Source of the DNA: Anaeromyxobacter sp.
Lineage (GTDB): Bacteria; Myxococcota; Myxococcia; Myxococcales; Anaeromyxobacteraceae
Length of the DNA stretch: 64,000 nucleotides
Assembly: GCA_049840735.1 (NCBI GenBank)
Contig: JASGJN010000007.1
Span: forward strand, 210,680 to 274,679
Direction: 5' to 3'
Part shown: in pieces, positions 32,593 through 41,953 of the stretch
How positions within the stretch are numbered: the stretch's first letter is position 1
Layout of the letters: each line of letters starts with the position of its first letter
Notes under the pieces: model-generated
Databases searched by the model: none
The model's input: only the letters and a program-made list of their open reading frames with translations
Told to the model about the DNA's origin: nothing
Program-made: the position numbers and the translations under genes

Positions 32593-33558
32593 TCAGGCCA
32601 CGGCCGCGCCGCAGGCCTGGCAGAAGCGGGCGTTGGCGGAGAGGCTCCCGCCGCAGCTCATGCAGAAGCGGGTGGCAGGGGCGGCGGCGGGGGCCGGGGC
32701 CGGGGCCGGGGCGTCGGTCGGGGCAGCCGGTGCCTGGGGGAGGATGGGCGCGTAGGCGGCCGGCTGCGGCTGGGCCGGGGCCGGGCCGAAGCCCGCGCCG
32801 TAGGCCGCGTGGGAGGGGGCGGCGGGCGCGGCCGGGCGCTGCTGGGCGCCGCCCGCGCGGAAGGCCGCGACGAGGTTGTTGTGGTCCTCGAGGAACTTGA
32901 GGCCCTGGACGATGAGGAGGATGACGCCGACCAGGATGAGCGAGGTGATCTGGCCGACGATGTAGAGGACCTTGTGCGTGGAGCCGCTGGTGAGCTGCGG
33001 TGGGCGGGCGAGCGTCGCGACGGCGCGGTCGCGCAGCGAGAGCAGCTCGTTGAGCGCGAGGATGGAGAGGATGAAGGAGGCGATGAAGAAGAGGAAGCCG
33101 ATGCCCACCAGGCTGGTGAGGACGCCGAGCACCGAGCAGGCGATCATGGACCAGAAGAGCGCCTCGAAGTTGGAGGAGGGCACCCGGGCCAGCCGCTGGT
33201 AGAGCTTGCCCGCCTGGAAGAACTTGACCAGGCCGTAGATGCCCAGCGTGACGATGTGGAGCAGGATGACCGTCGCGACGTCGAAGGGCTCCAGCTCGTG
33301 CGGCTGCACGGGGAGGGCGGCGGCGGTGGAGGGCCCGAAGCCCGGTGAGCGCTGCGCCGGGGCGGCGAGCTGCGCGCTGCCGAACTGCGGGACGGAGGAG
33401 AGCGGGGCCCACCCCGACATGCCCGCCGTCCAGACGCGCGTCGCCGGGGTGATGGTGTTCTGGGCCAGCAGCCCGCGGATGGCGTCGGCCGTGACCGGGC
33501 CCGTCTGCTGGCCGTTGAACTCGTAGTACCAGGTGGCGGAGGCGTTCTGCGCGTACAT
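32593..33558 (-). CDS. GYF_2 (DUF4339) membrane protein with DUF4234-like TM region and C-terminal zinc ribbon
   Basis: WYY..NGQQTGP...T.VW..GM.GW..L..VP; IVTLGIY; C-terminal CMSCG...RFCQACG. Confidence 0.82.
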   Translation of the reverse strand: MYAQNASATWYYEFNGQQTGPVTADAIRGLLAQNTITPATRVWTAGMSGWAPLSSVPQFGSAQLAAPAQRSPGFGPSTAAALPVQPHELEPFDVATVILLHIVTLGIYGLVKFFQAGKLYQRLARVPSSNFEALFWSMIACSVLGVLTSLVGIGFLFFIASFILSILALNELLSLRDRAVATLARPPQLTSGSTHKVLYIVGQITSLILVGVILLIVQGLKFLEDHNNLVAAFRAGGAQQRPAAPAAPSHAAYGAGFGPAPAQPQPAAYAPILPQAPAAPTDAPAPAPAPAAAPATRFCMSCGGSLSANARFCQACGAAVA

Positions 33559-33729
33559 GCGTCCCTCGGTGGAGGCGGAATCGGAGGCCGGGAGCCGGCG
33601 CCGGAGAGCATACCGGAAGCCAGCCCGCGAGGGTTGTCGCGCAGGCGGGAGGCAGGAGACGGGGGACCAGCGGGCGCCGGCGGGCGCCGCGCGTGGAGGA
33701 AGGGAAGGGTGTGCGCGGCGTCGCCGGCG

Positions 33730-33987
33730 TCAGCTGCGGAGCGCCGAGGCGCCGTGGCCCTGGGCGCGGAAGAGGCTGGCGAGGTGGTCCGCCGCCTGGT
33801 CGTTGCCCGCCGCGCGGAGCGCCTTCAGCGCCAGCGTCTCCAGGTCCTGCTCCGTGAGGTGGACCTGGATGGCCGTCTCCTCGTAGGAGAGCGCGAGGTA
33901 GCAGCGCCCGTTGTCGCGGCCAGCCGAAAGCTCCGCCTCGATGTTGTTCGAATCGCCCGTCATGGTGTCGAGCAGTTCAGCGTGCAT
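33730..33987 (-). CDS. Hypothetical protein (85 aa)
   Basis: GGAGG RBS before the ATG and plausible composition. Confidence 0.6.
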   Translation of the reverse strand: MHAELLDTMTGDSNNIEAELSAGRDNGRCYLALSYEETAIQVHLTEQDLETLALKALRAAGNDQAADHLASLFRAQGHGASALRS

Positions 33988-34044
33988 GAGGCCCCTCCAT
34001 CGCCCCCCATTCTACGACCCCGTGACGCGCCGGGTCATCTTTCG

Positions 34045-34061
34045 GTGGTGCCGGGCACCAC
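34045..34061. repeat. Perfect palindrome GTGGTGCC-G-GGCACCAC downstream of the RAYT (REP-like)
   Basis: 8-bp perfect arms, about 230 bp from the transposase stop. Confidence 0.5.
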
Positions 34062-34288
34062 GAGCTTGAAGCGACTGGCGAAATTGGGCGGGCTGCCTTC
34101 CGTCGACGGGGGGTCGCGGAGGGATCGGTGGCTGGAGAGGCGCTGATGGCGCCTCGTTGGAGTCAGCTGGGGGGACCGGCAGCCCTCGGTGCACGTCGGC
34201 GCCGGCGCTGCTCAGGTGCGCGGACACACGTCTCCCGTGCTCCGCCGCGAACGCGGCGCGAGCCGGACGGCCCGGGAGCGCAGTGCGC

Positions 34289-34993
34289 TCAGCTCGGCGG
34301 GTTCTTCCGCTTCTTCTTCCGCTTCAGCGCCGCCCGGCGGCGCTTCGCCCACGCGTCCGTGCCGATGTACGTCGCCCGCACCAGGTCCTCGCGCCGCTCC
34401 TCGGCCTGGGCCTTCCGCCGCTGCTTCGCCTTCCCCTCCTGATCGGCGCACAGCGCCTGGTACTTCTTCCGGCGCGTCACGTCCGTCTTCCCCAGCGCCA
34501 GATACTCCGGCAGGTCGTCGATGAGCGGGTGCCGCTCGCCGTACGCGTAGTGCCGGTGGCTCGAGTACGCGTAGTCCTTGGCGCTCCTCACCATGCCGGC
34601 CATCACCGGGTTGCGGTCCCCGTAGCCCGACACGAGCAGCGGCGCCTCGCCCCCCGTCTCCACCTGCCCGGAGTAGAGCCGCTCCATGACCACCTGCCCG
34701 CAGCGCTCCGTCTGCTCGTTGTACCAGCGCGCGAACACGCTGTTCACGTCGCGCCAGAAGCCGCTGAACGCCGCCTGGCCGCGCGTGGCCTTGAGCTGCA
34801 CGTGCACGTGCGTGGTCATGATGCAGAAGGAGTGGATGAGGATGCCGTACTTGCCCTTGTACTTGGCTAGCAGCGACAGGTAGAGCTCCGGCGCCCCCGC
34901 CAGCTCGAAGATCCGCGAGTGGTTATGGGCCTGCCAGGTGCAGTGATGCACCGTGCCCTCGCCCACCAGCCATCTTCTCGCGGTCCGCCCCAC
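34289..34993 (-). mobile_element. REP-associated tyrosine transposase (RAYT; HUH Y1 / IS200-like TnpA)
   Basis: HHCTWQAHNHSRIF, FCIMTTHVH (HUH), Y..RNPV.AG, DY.YSS..Y. GTG start near 34993; 3' part of track ORF 34289..37084. Confidence 0.85.
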
Positions 34994-35040
34994 GGCCAGG
35001 CGCAGAGGCAAGCCGCGTGCCGCCCGTGACCCACCGTGAA

Positions 35041-35170
35041 TGCGCGCCCTTCGCAGCGCGCACCCCTTCGCCCATGGTCCGCCGTTCGTCCGCACCGTCC
35101 GCGCCGCGGACGGCCCAGATGGTGGTCTCCGGGACCTCCCGCGGGACCTCCCGAAAAGCCGGACCTCTGG
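35041..35170. repeat. Cluster of short palindromes upstream of the RAYT
   Basis: TGCGCGC..GCGCGCA (35041-35062); CCGTCCGC-GCC-GCGGACGG (35095-35113); two tandem CGGGACCTCCCG (35130-35153); variant CCGGACCTCTGG (35159-35170). Confidence 0.55.
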
Positions 35171-35229
35171 AAATGAAACGGCCGCCCGGGGGGGCGGCCG
35201 TGGAGTGCGGGACGGGGAGGGCGCGAGGG

Positions 35230-35868
35230 CTACTTCTTGAAGTAGCGCCGCGCCTCCTTGGCCACGCCCTTGATGAAATCCTCGGTCAGCTGCGCGGTGG
35301 TCAGCGTCGCGTTCGCGGTGGTGGAGTCGCTCTGGCAGCCCCACACCACCTTCCGCTTCGACACGTCCCAGAATCGTCGTCTCGGCGGTGATGGTCCGCA
35401 CCTCCGCCATCTCCGGCTTGCGGTACAGGCCGTACGAGGTCGTCACGTACCCGTAGTAATCATCGAACCCGGTCTCGACGGGCACCCACTGCTCGCGCCC
35501 CTGGTGCAGCTCCTTCTCGGCGCCGACGCGCGCGATGCGCACCACAATCAGCGAGTCGACGCCGGAGGCGAGCACCGGCCTCCTTGATCCTTCTCCCGGT
35601 CGCCGAGGTCCTCGTCCCCGAGCACGTCGTGGCTGCGCACGGCCTCCACCCCGCGCGACTGCAGCTGCGCGCTGATCTTGTCCTCGGCGGTCACGCGCCG
35701 CTTGTCCTCGGCCGCCAGCACCACCACCATCGGCTTCTTGAACTGGGCCCCCTTCGACTCGGGGTCGGACCAGCTGCGGGTGATCTCCGTGTTGGAGGAG
35801 CACCCGGCGGCGGCGAGGGCCAGGAGCGCGGCCGCGAGGGGCTTCAAGCTGGTCGAGGTGGTCGACAT
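35230..35868 (-). CDS. DUF4136-like lipoprotein (frameshifted)
   Basis: Lipobox AAGC, SW.DP, R..AED. Continues across frames into GVDSLIVVR...ET.I.D....VVW. Confidence 0.65.
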
Positions 35869-35968
35869 GGGACGCTCTCCGGGCAGGGGGCGGGACACTG
35901 CGGCCCCGCTCATGGGACCATGGTCCATAGCACGCCCGCCCGCGCGCCATCCACGGTAGGCTATCCCC

Positions 35969-36506
35969 ATGACCTCCGCCCCCCGGCGCCGCCTCGCGCC
36001 CCTCCTCCTGCCGCTGGCGCTCCTCCTGGGCGCGGGCTGCAAGACCATCGAGGTGTCCAACACCTTCCCGCCCGGCACCGAGTTCGCGCGCTACCACAGC
36101 TTCGCGCTGGTGCCGCAGGCGGAGCTGGACCAGCGCTTCGGCAAGTCGGCGCTGCGCCCGGAGGCCCGGCAGGTGATCGAGACGGCGCTGGTCCGCGAGC
36201 TCCAGGGGCGCGGCCTCACCTCCGCCCCCGCGCCGGCCGACCTCTGGGTGGCCTACTTCGCGGGCGTCGCCTCCGTCGCCGACAGCCGCATCTCCGGCTA
36301 CAAGTACGAGTGGTCCGGCGGCGCGACGGCCTCCCCGGTCGCCGTCCAGAACGAGAATCGACTCGGGCTGGATCACGGTCGACCTCGTCGACACCAAGAC
36401 GGGCGAGCTGGTCTGGCGCGGCAAGGGCCAGGTCCAGAAGCCCGACCGCGAGGCGGTCGACGCGGTGGTCACGGCCCTGGTGGCGCAGTACCCGCACCTC
36501 CGCTGA
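35969..36506 (+). CDS. DUF4136 family lipoprotein (frameshift near 36360)
   Basis: Lipobox GAGC, F..Y.SF, L..RG....ADL.V.Y. Shifted C-terminus reads ITVDLVDTKTGELVWRG...QYPHLR*. Confidence 0.72.
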
Positions 36507-36559
36507 GCGCCAGCGCGCCGGCTCGGGCGCCGCGGCCTCCCTGGTCTACAATCCCACCG

Positions 36560-37000
36560 ATGCTGGGCCGCCTGCTCCGCTCCGCGGTGGTGACGCTGGC
36601 CGGCGCCCCCGCGCCGCGGGTGCGCGGCGTGGAGCGCGTCCGCGCCGCCGGCCTGCGCGCGCTGCTCATGGCCACGCTGGCCGGCCGGCCGCTCGACGAG
36701 GTGCTGGCCCTCCTGGACGCCGCCCCGGCGACCGGGGAGGACGTCCGCATCCCCCGGGCGCTGCGCCGCTGGCCAACCACCTGCCTCTACCGCTCGCTCG
36801 CCGGCTACGCCCGCCTCCGGGCGGTGGGTGAGGACGTCCGGTTCGTGATAGGAATCGCCGCCGTGGACGGCGATCTCGCCGGGCACGCCTGGCTCGAGCG
36901 GGCCGGCGAACCGCTCGGCGAGCCGGAAGATCCGCGCCGGCGCTACGCCGTCGCGTACACGCACCCGCCGCGCCCGTCCCCGGAGGTCCCGGTGCTCCCA
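36560..37000 (+). CDS. Lasso peptide B2-type leader peptidase (transglutaminase-like, Transglut_core3); 3' end uncertain
   Basis: TTCLYRSLA (catalytic Cys) and VRFVIGI...LAGHAWLE (His plus acidic residue), the B2 pattern. Embedded in track ORF 35969..39388. Confidence 0.85.
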
Positions 37001-37310
37001 GCCACCCAGGCCCCGCCCCAGCCCCGACGTGCTCCTGACCGAGCTGGCCGACGGCACGGGGGTGCTGCTGCACCTCCGCACCAAGTTCTATTACGCGCTC
37101 AACGCCACCGGCGTGGTGGTCTGGAAGCTGCTCGCCTCGGGCGAGGCGGCCACCCTCGAGGCGCTGGCCGCCGCCGTGGTCGCGCGCTTCCAGGGTGCCG
37201 AGGAGGCGCGGGCCCGCGCCGACGTCTCGACGCTCCTGGCCGAGCTGCAGGACGAGGGGCTGCTCCTGCCGGCCGCGCCGGCCTCCGCCGCACCGGGCGA
37301 GGCGAGGTAG
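36992..37310 (+). CDS. PqqD family RiPP recognition element (lasso B1-like); probable indel near 37005
   Basis: PRPSPDVLLTELADGTGVLLHLRTKFYYALNATGVVVWKLL...RF....ARADV..LL.EL..EGLL. GGAGG at 36982 precedes GTG 36992. Confidence 0.88.
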
Positions 37311-37313
37311 TCG

Positions 37314-38429
37314 GTGCCCACCGCCACCCCGCCGGGCACCGCCGCCGCGCGACGCCTGGTGACGGCGTGCCTGGTGCGCTCCCACGCCCTGGAGCGCCTG
37401 GCGGAGGGCGGCGACTGGGAGGGCGCGCTCTCCCTGGCCAGCGCCCACGCCGTGGCCGAGCCGCTGGCCGACGTGGCCCTGGCGCTCCCGCCCGCGCCGT
37501 GCCGCCGGCGCTCCGCGAGCGGCTCTCCGAGCTGAGCGCGGCGGCGGCCGCCAAGAACGCGCTGCTGCTCAGCGACCTGGCGCGGGTCCAGGCGACGCTG
37601 CGGGCGGCGGGCGTCGCCTCCCGTGGCGATGAAGGGGACGGCGCTGCTGGCGTACGGCCACTACCGCTCGCCGGCGGCGCGCCACCTCTCCGACGTCGAC
37701 CTGCTGGTTCGCCCGCGCGACGTCCCGGCCGCGGTTGCGGCGCTCCGGGCCGCCGGCCTGGCCCCGCCCTCCGGCGCGCTCCCGGCCCTCGACGGCCGCT
37801 CCGACGCTCTGGGCCGCAACCCCGGCGATGCCCACCTGAAGCCGGTGGAGACCTGGTCCGGCGGGCTCCTGGAGCTGCACGATCGGCTGCCCGGCGGAGG
37901 GCCGCCGGCGGATGCGCTGATCGCGGCCGCGGTCGAGGTGCGCTGGTCAGGCCAGCGCGTGGACGTCCCGGCGCTGGTCGACCTGGCCGGCATGCTCTGC
38001 CGCCACGCGCTGGTGGCCCACGCCGAGGAGCCGCGCCTGCGGGCGCGCCACGTCGCCAATCTGGCGGCGCTCGCGCCGGCCGGCGTGGAGTGGGCCGCCG
38101 TGGGCCGGCGCTACGGCCGCGCCGTGGTGCGAGAGTCGCTGGCGCTGCTGGAGGCGGCCCGCGCCGAGGCGGAGGCCGGCACGCCGGCGCCGGCCCACCT
38201 GGCGCTGCTCGCGCCGGTGGGCGCAACCTACCGCGCCCGCGCCCGCTGGCGGCGGCTCCTCTCGCCGAGCGCGCCCTCGCTGCCGGCGCTCGCCCGCGCC
38301 CTCTTCCCGGCCCCGGGGTACATGCGCGCGCGCTACGGGCTTCCGGCCGACGCGCCCTGGTCGGCCATCTGGCACCTCTACCCGCGCCGCCTCCTCTCCG
38401 GCGCCTTCCGCTTCCTGGCGGGGCGATGA
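37314..38429 (+). CDS. Nucleotidyltransferase family protein (NTP_transf_5); two frameshifts (~37490, ~37620)
   Basis: DW..L..A..H.V..L; N.LL..DL..V...L..AGV; MKGTAL...Y...RHLSDVDLLV; LELH. Confidence 0.82.
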
Positions 38430-39388
38430 GGCGGTCCCTCCACGGGCTCGAGGTGCAGGTGACCGGCTCGCTCCCGGCCGCGCTGGTCGGTGAGCTGCTG
38501 GGCGGCTTCCCCGAGGGCGACCCGGGGCGCCCGCCGGACCTGGTCATGGCGCTGGAGCCGGCGCGAGGCGCGCCTCCCCCCGGGCTCGAGCCGGTGTTCT
38601 GGTACGAGGGGCTGCGGGCCTACCGCGACGCCGGCGGGGTGTGGCTGGCGCACGGCGACTCGACGGCCCGGCTCACGCAGGGCGGCGCGCGGATCGAGGT
38701 CGGGGTCGGCGCCGACGGTCAGCGTGGCGAGCACCTCTTCCAGCACCTGCTGGTCTTCACCGCGCTCCTGCGCGCCCTGTCGACCCGCGGCCTGCACCAC
38801 CTCCACGCGGCAGGCCTGGTCCTGCCCACCGGGCGCACGGTGCTGGTCACCGGGACGGCCGGCTCGGGCAAGACCACGCTGGCGCTGGCGCTGCTCGAGG
38901 CCGGGCTCGGGTTCCTCGGCGACGACGTGGTGCTGGTGGCCGAGCGCGCCGGCGCGCCGGCGCTGCTCGCGTTCCCGCGCACCTTCCACGTCGGCCCGGC
39001 CACCGCAGCGGCCAGCTCGGCCCGGGCGGCCCTGGTGGGCGCGCTGTACGGCGCGACCGACAAGCGCGAGCTCGACGCCGCCCGCGCCTTTCCTGGCCAG
39101 GCCCGCACCGCCGCCGCCGCGGCCGCGCTGGTCCTGCTCCCCGCGGTGACCGAGGCGGCGACGACCACGGTGGACCGCTGCTCGGGCGCTGACGCCCTGG
39201 TGGCGCTGCTCGAGTCGAGCGCCTACCTGGCGGTTGACGAGGAGCCGGTTGTGCGCGCCCGTGTCGCACTCCTGGCGGGGCTGGTGAGCGGTGCCCTCGC
39301 GTATCGGGTCCGTCTCGGCAGGGACATTCTGGAAACCCCTATGCAGGTGGCCAGAACGCTGTTGACGATATCCCCCGAACGAGGGTGA
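38426..39388 (+). CDS. HPr kinase-related (HprK-like) P-loop kinase
   Basis: LHAAGL, GTAGSGKTT Walker A, FLGDDVVLV. ATGA overlap with the nucleotidyltransferase stop. Confidence 0.88.
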   Translation: MRRSLHGLEVQVTGSLPAALVGELLGGFPEGDPGRPPDLVMALEPARGAPPPGLEPVFWYEGLRAYRDAGGVWLAHGDSTARLTQGGARIEVGVGADGQRGEHLFQHLLVFTALLRALSTRGLHHLHAAGLVLPTGRTVLVTGTAGSGKTTLALALLEAGLGFLGDDVVLVAERAGAPALLAFPRTFHVGPATAAASSARAALVGALYGATDKRELDAARAFPGQARTAAAAAALVLLPAVTEAATTTVDRCSGADALVALLESSAYLAVDEEPVVRARVALLAGLVSGALAYRVRLGRDILETPMQVARTLLTISPERG

Positions 39389-39515
39389 TTCGCGTGCTTG
39401 CCCCGTGGATGCCCGGATTGACCTGAACGCCCAAACGACCAATCGTGTGACCTCCAAGCAGCCTGGGGTTCGTGCGCCCTTTGGGCGTCCCGACCCACCT
39501 TTGGGGACCGTTCAC

Positions 39516-41921
39516 ATGCTCAGTTCCACGCGGCCGTCCTGGCTTCGACTCACGGTGATGTTCGGCGCCGCACTCGCACTCTCGGTAGGGTGCGCCAAGC
39601 AGCCGCCCAAGCAAGTGGTCCTGGCCGAGTTCCAGGGCACGGTCGATCCCACCACGGGCACGCTCAGCTTCGGGACCGACGACGCGGGCCCCCGGATGGT
39701 GGCGGTGATGGCGGGCTTCCCCACCATCGACAAGAACGGCCACGCCGGGACCGCGGCGCTGCCGAACAGCCTCGAGCTGGTGACGGAGCAGACCAGCACC
39801 TCGGCGGCGGACTGCGGCCGCCCCAACGCGTTCTGCGGCAAGGTGACGATCCGTTCCTTCTACGCCGGCAGCGAGATCCACAACCTGTACGTCCAGATCA
39901 TCTCGATGACGCCCGGAACCGGCGCGCTCGGCTTCTCGAACTCGGCTCACCCGGCGATGGATCCCGTCGACGGGACGGCGGTCAACGCGAACTTCGGCCT
40001 CTGGGCCTACCCGGCGCTGCTGGACGGCGGCAACAACGATGGCACCTTCAGCGGCACCAGCACCGCCGGCGCCAACGCGGCCACGCGCTGGTGGTACTTC
40101 GACAACCTCACGCCGCAGCCGCACACGTTCGTGGCGCGCGTCATCGGCGAGCTCGTCACCCCTGCGGCGGACGCGACCGGCCTGGAGGCCACCTGCGGCT
40201 ACGACGCGGCGGGCGCGAACGGGACCCGCCGGCAGCTGGACACCACCACCGACTGCGGCGAGTGCGGCCGGACCTCGGAGGGCACCGCCTGCAACTACGC
40301 GGTGACCGGCGGCTACCGCGACAGCTCCTCGGCCGTCGAGTGGAGCGTGGGCGAGGGCGCGCTGTGCGAGATCGCCACCGCCTGCGACACCGCCGATGCC
40401 GCCGGCTATGTCTGCCGCGACCTCGCGACGGACACCGCCAACTGCGGCGCCTGCGGGGTGACCTGCGGCGCCGGAGAGGTCTGCAACAGCGGCGTGTGCG
40501 AGGTGGCCTGCGCGGTGGGCCAGTCCGTGTGCAATAGCGCCTGCTGCCCCGCCGGTTCAGACTGCCTGTCCGGCACCTGCGTCCTGAGCGACGTCACCCA
40601 GTTCTCTGTCGGCACCGACCACGCCTGCGCCATCACCACGGATTCACGGCTCTCCGCGATCACCTGGGTGGACAACGGCGCGGGGACGCCCACCACCACC
40701 AACAACGTGGTCTGCTGGGGCCAGAACCACCTCTCGAACTGGGGCAACCCGGTCTGGACCCGGGCGCTGGCCGCGCCGGAGCTCTTCCCCAACTTCGGGC
40801 AGTTCCACCTCAACGACGACATGCGCGACGTGGCCAGCGGCTATCTCGACTCGCTGGCCTTCAGCGCAACCCCCGACATCTCGGTCCGCCGCTGGGGCAG
40901 CATGGCGGTGCTCGACTTCCAGAACGTGGTGGATGGCTGGCACACCCGCGGCACCAAGTCCGCCATCGGCGCGCACCATGGCTGCTCGCTGTTCAACTAC
41001 CTCATCGGCGACGAGCTCATCGGCCCCAACCCCGAGGGCATCTACTGCTGGGGAGACAACGACGCCGGGCAGATCGGCAACGACGGCGATCCAGCGCTGT
41101 TCTGTGGCCCGGACGGGAACGGTATCATCGGCCAGGACCGGAGCACGATCTGCTTCCCGCTCTCGCTGACCGGCTTGAACTGGATCACCGGGGCCAGCGG
41201 CAGCGGGCTGACCGGGACGGACATCGCTGCGGGCGGCGACACCACCTGCGTGGTCGAGGCGGCGCCAGGCTGTGCGCCGGACTTCGGTCAGTGCCACGGC
41301 GGCGGCCAAACCGCCGGCCGCGTGGCCTGCTGGGGCGACAACACCGACGGCAAGGCCGGCCAGGCCGCCGCCGGTCCGTTCTTCGCGCCGGTCGAGCTGC
41401 CCATCATCGACGGCACCACCCACGTGGCGACGCAGGTCGCGGTCGGTGAGCACCACGGCGTGGCGCGGCTCTCCAGCGGCGCGCTCGCCTTCTGGGGGCG
41501 CAACGCCGAGGGCGAGCACGGCGACGGCAGCACCACCTCCACGGCCGGCCAGGTCGACATCGTCACCCCGGCCGTGCCCGCCGTCCAGGTCGCCGCCGGC
41601 GCCGACTTCACCTGCTACCTGGGCACCGACACCAACGTGTACTGCGCCGGCGCCAACGCCTATGGCCAGCTCGGCAACGGCACCACCGACCCGAGCACCG
41701 TGTTCGTCCAAGTGATCGGCCTCGGCGGCATCACCGCCATCAGCGCCGGCGGTGTGGGTCCTCCGGGCGGCCCGAACTACGGCTCCGCCTGCGCGCTCGA
41801 CGGAGACGGCATCGTCTACTGCTGGGGCAACAACACGCAGGGCCAGCTCGGCCGCGGCGACACGACCAACAGCTCGCTCGCTGCGCCGGTCCAGGTCCCG
41901 TCCGTCCCCCCTCTCCCTTGA
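39516..41921 (+). CDS. Large surface lipoprotein with Cys-rich repeats and RCC1-like propeller repeats
   Basis: Lipobox SVGC; CRDLATDTANCGACGVTCGAGEVCNSGVC; RCC1-type repeats YCWGDNDAGQIG, YCAGANAYGQLGNG, YCWGNNTQGQLGRG. Confidence 0.85.
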   Translation: MLSSTRPSWLRLTVMFGAALALSVGCAKQPPKQVVLAEFQGTVDPTTGTLSFGTDDAGPRMVAVMAGFPTIDKNGHAGTAALPNSLELVTEQTSTSAADCGRPNAFCGKVTIRSFYAGSEIHNLYVQIISMTPGTGALGFSNSAHPAMDPVDGTAVNANFGLWAYPALLDGGNNDGTFSGTSTAGANAATRWWYFDNLTPQPHTFVARVIGELVTPAADATGLEATCGYDAAGANGTRRQLDTTTDCGECGRTSEGTACNYAVTGGYRDSSSAVEWSVGEGALCEIATACDTADAAGYVCRDLATDTANCGACGVTCGAGEVCNSGVCEVACAVGQSVCNSACCPAGSDCLSGTCVLSDVTQFSVGTDHACAITTDSRLSAITWVDNGAGTPTTTNNVVCWGQNHLSNWGNPVWTRALAAPELFPNFGQFHLNDDMRDVASGYLDSLAFSATPDISVRRWGSMAVLDFQNVVDGWHTRGTKSAIGAHHGCSLFNYLIGDELIGPNPEGIYCWGDNDAGQIGNDGDPALFCGPDGNGIIGQDRSTICFPLSLTGLNWITGASGSGLTGTDIAAGGDTTCVVEAAPGCAPDFGQCHGGGQTAGRVACWGDNTDGKAGQAAAGPFFAPVELPIIDGTTHVATQVAVGEHHGVARLSSGALAFWGRNAEGEHGDGSTTSTAGQVDIVTPAVPAVQVAAGADFTCYLGTDTNVYCAGANAYGQLGNGTTDPSTVFVQVIGLGGITAISAGGVGPPGGPNYGSACALDGDGIVYCWGNNTQGQLGRGDTTNSSLAAPVQVPSVPPLP

Positions 41922-41953
41922 CATCCACCTGAAAACCGCGGGAAACCAGAATC

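Noticed and set aside
32681..32712. GGGGCC short tandem repeat
   Set aside because: It simply encodes a Pro-Ala linker.
34289..37084. 931-aa transposase fusion
   Set aside because: Only the last ~234 aa are RAYT. The rest is shadow frame plus a fragment of the frameshifted lipoprotein.
35969..39388. 1139-aa ORF as one giant multidomain protein
   Set aside because: It strings together pieces of the DUF4136, B2, NTase and kinase genes with low-complexity off-frame stretches. It is a product of indels and stop-poor high-GC DNA.
41918..41953. TTGACA as a sigma70 promoter for the precursor
   Set aside because: It overlaps the upstream stop codon and has no acceptable -10 box at 16-18 bp spacing.
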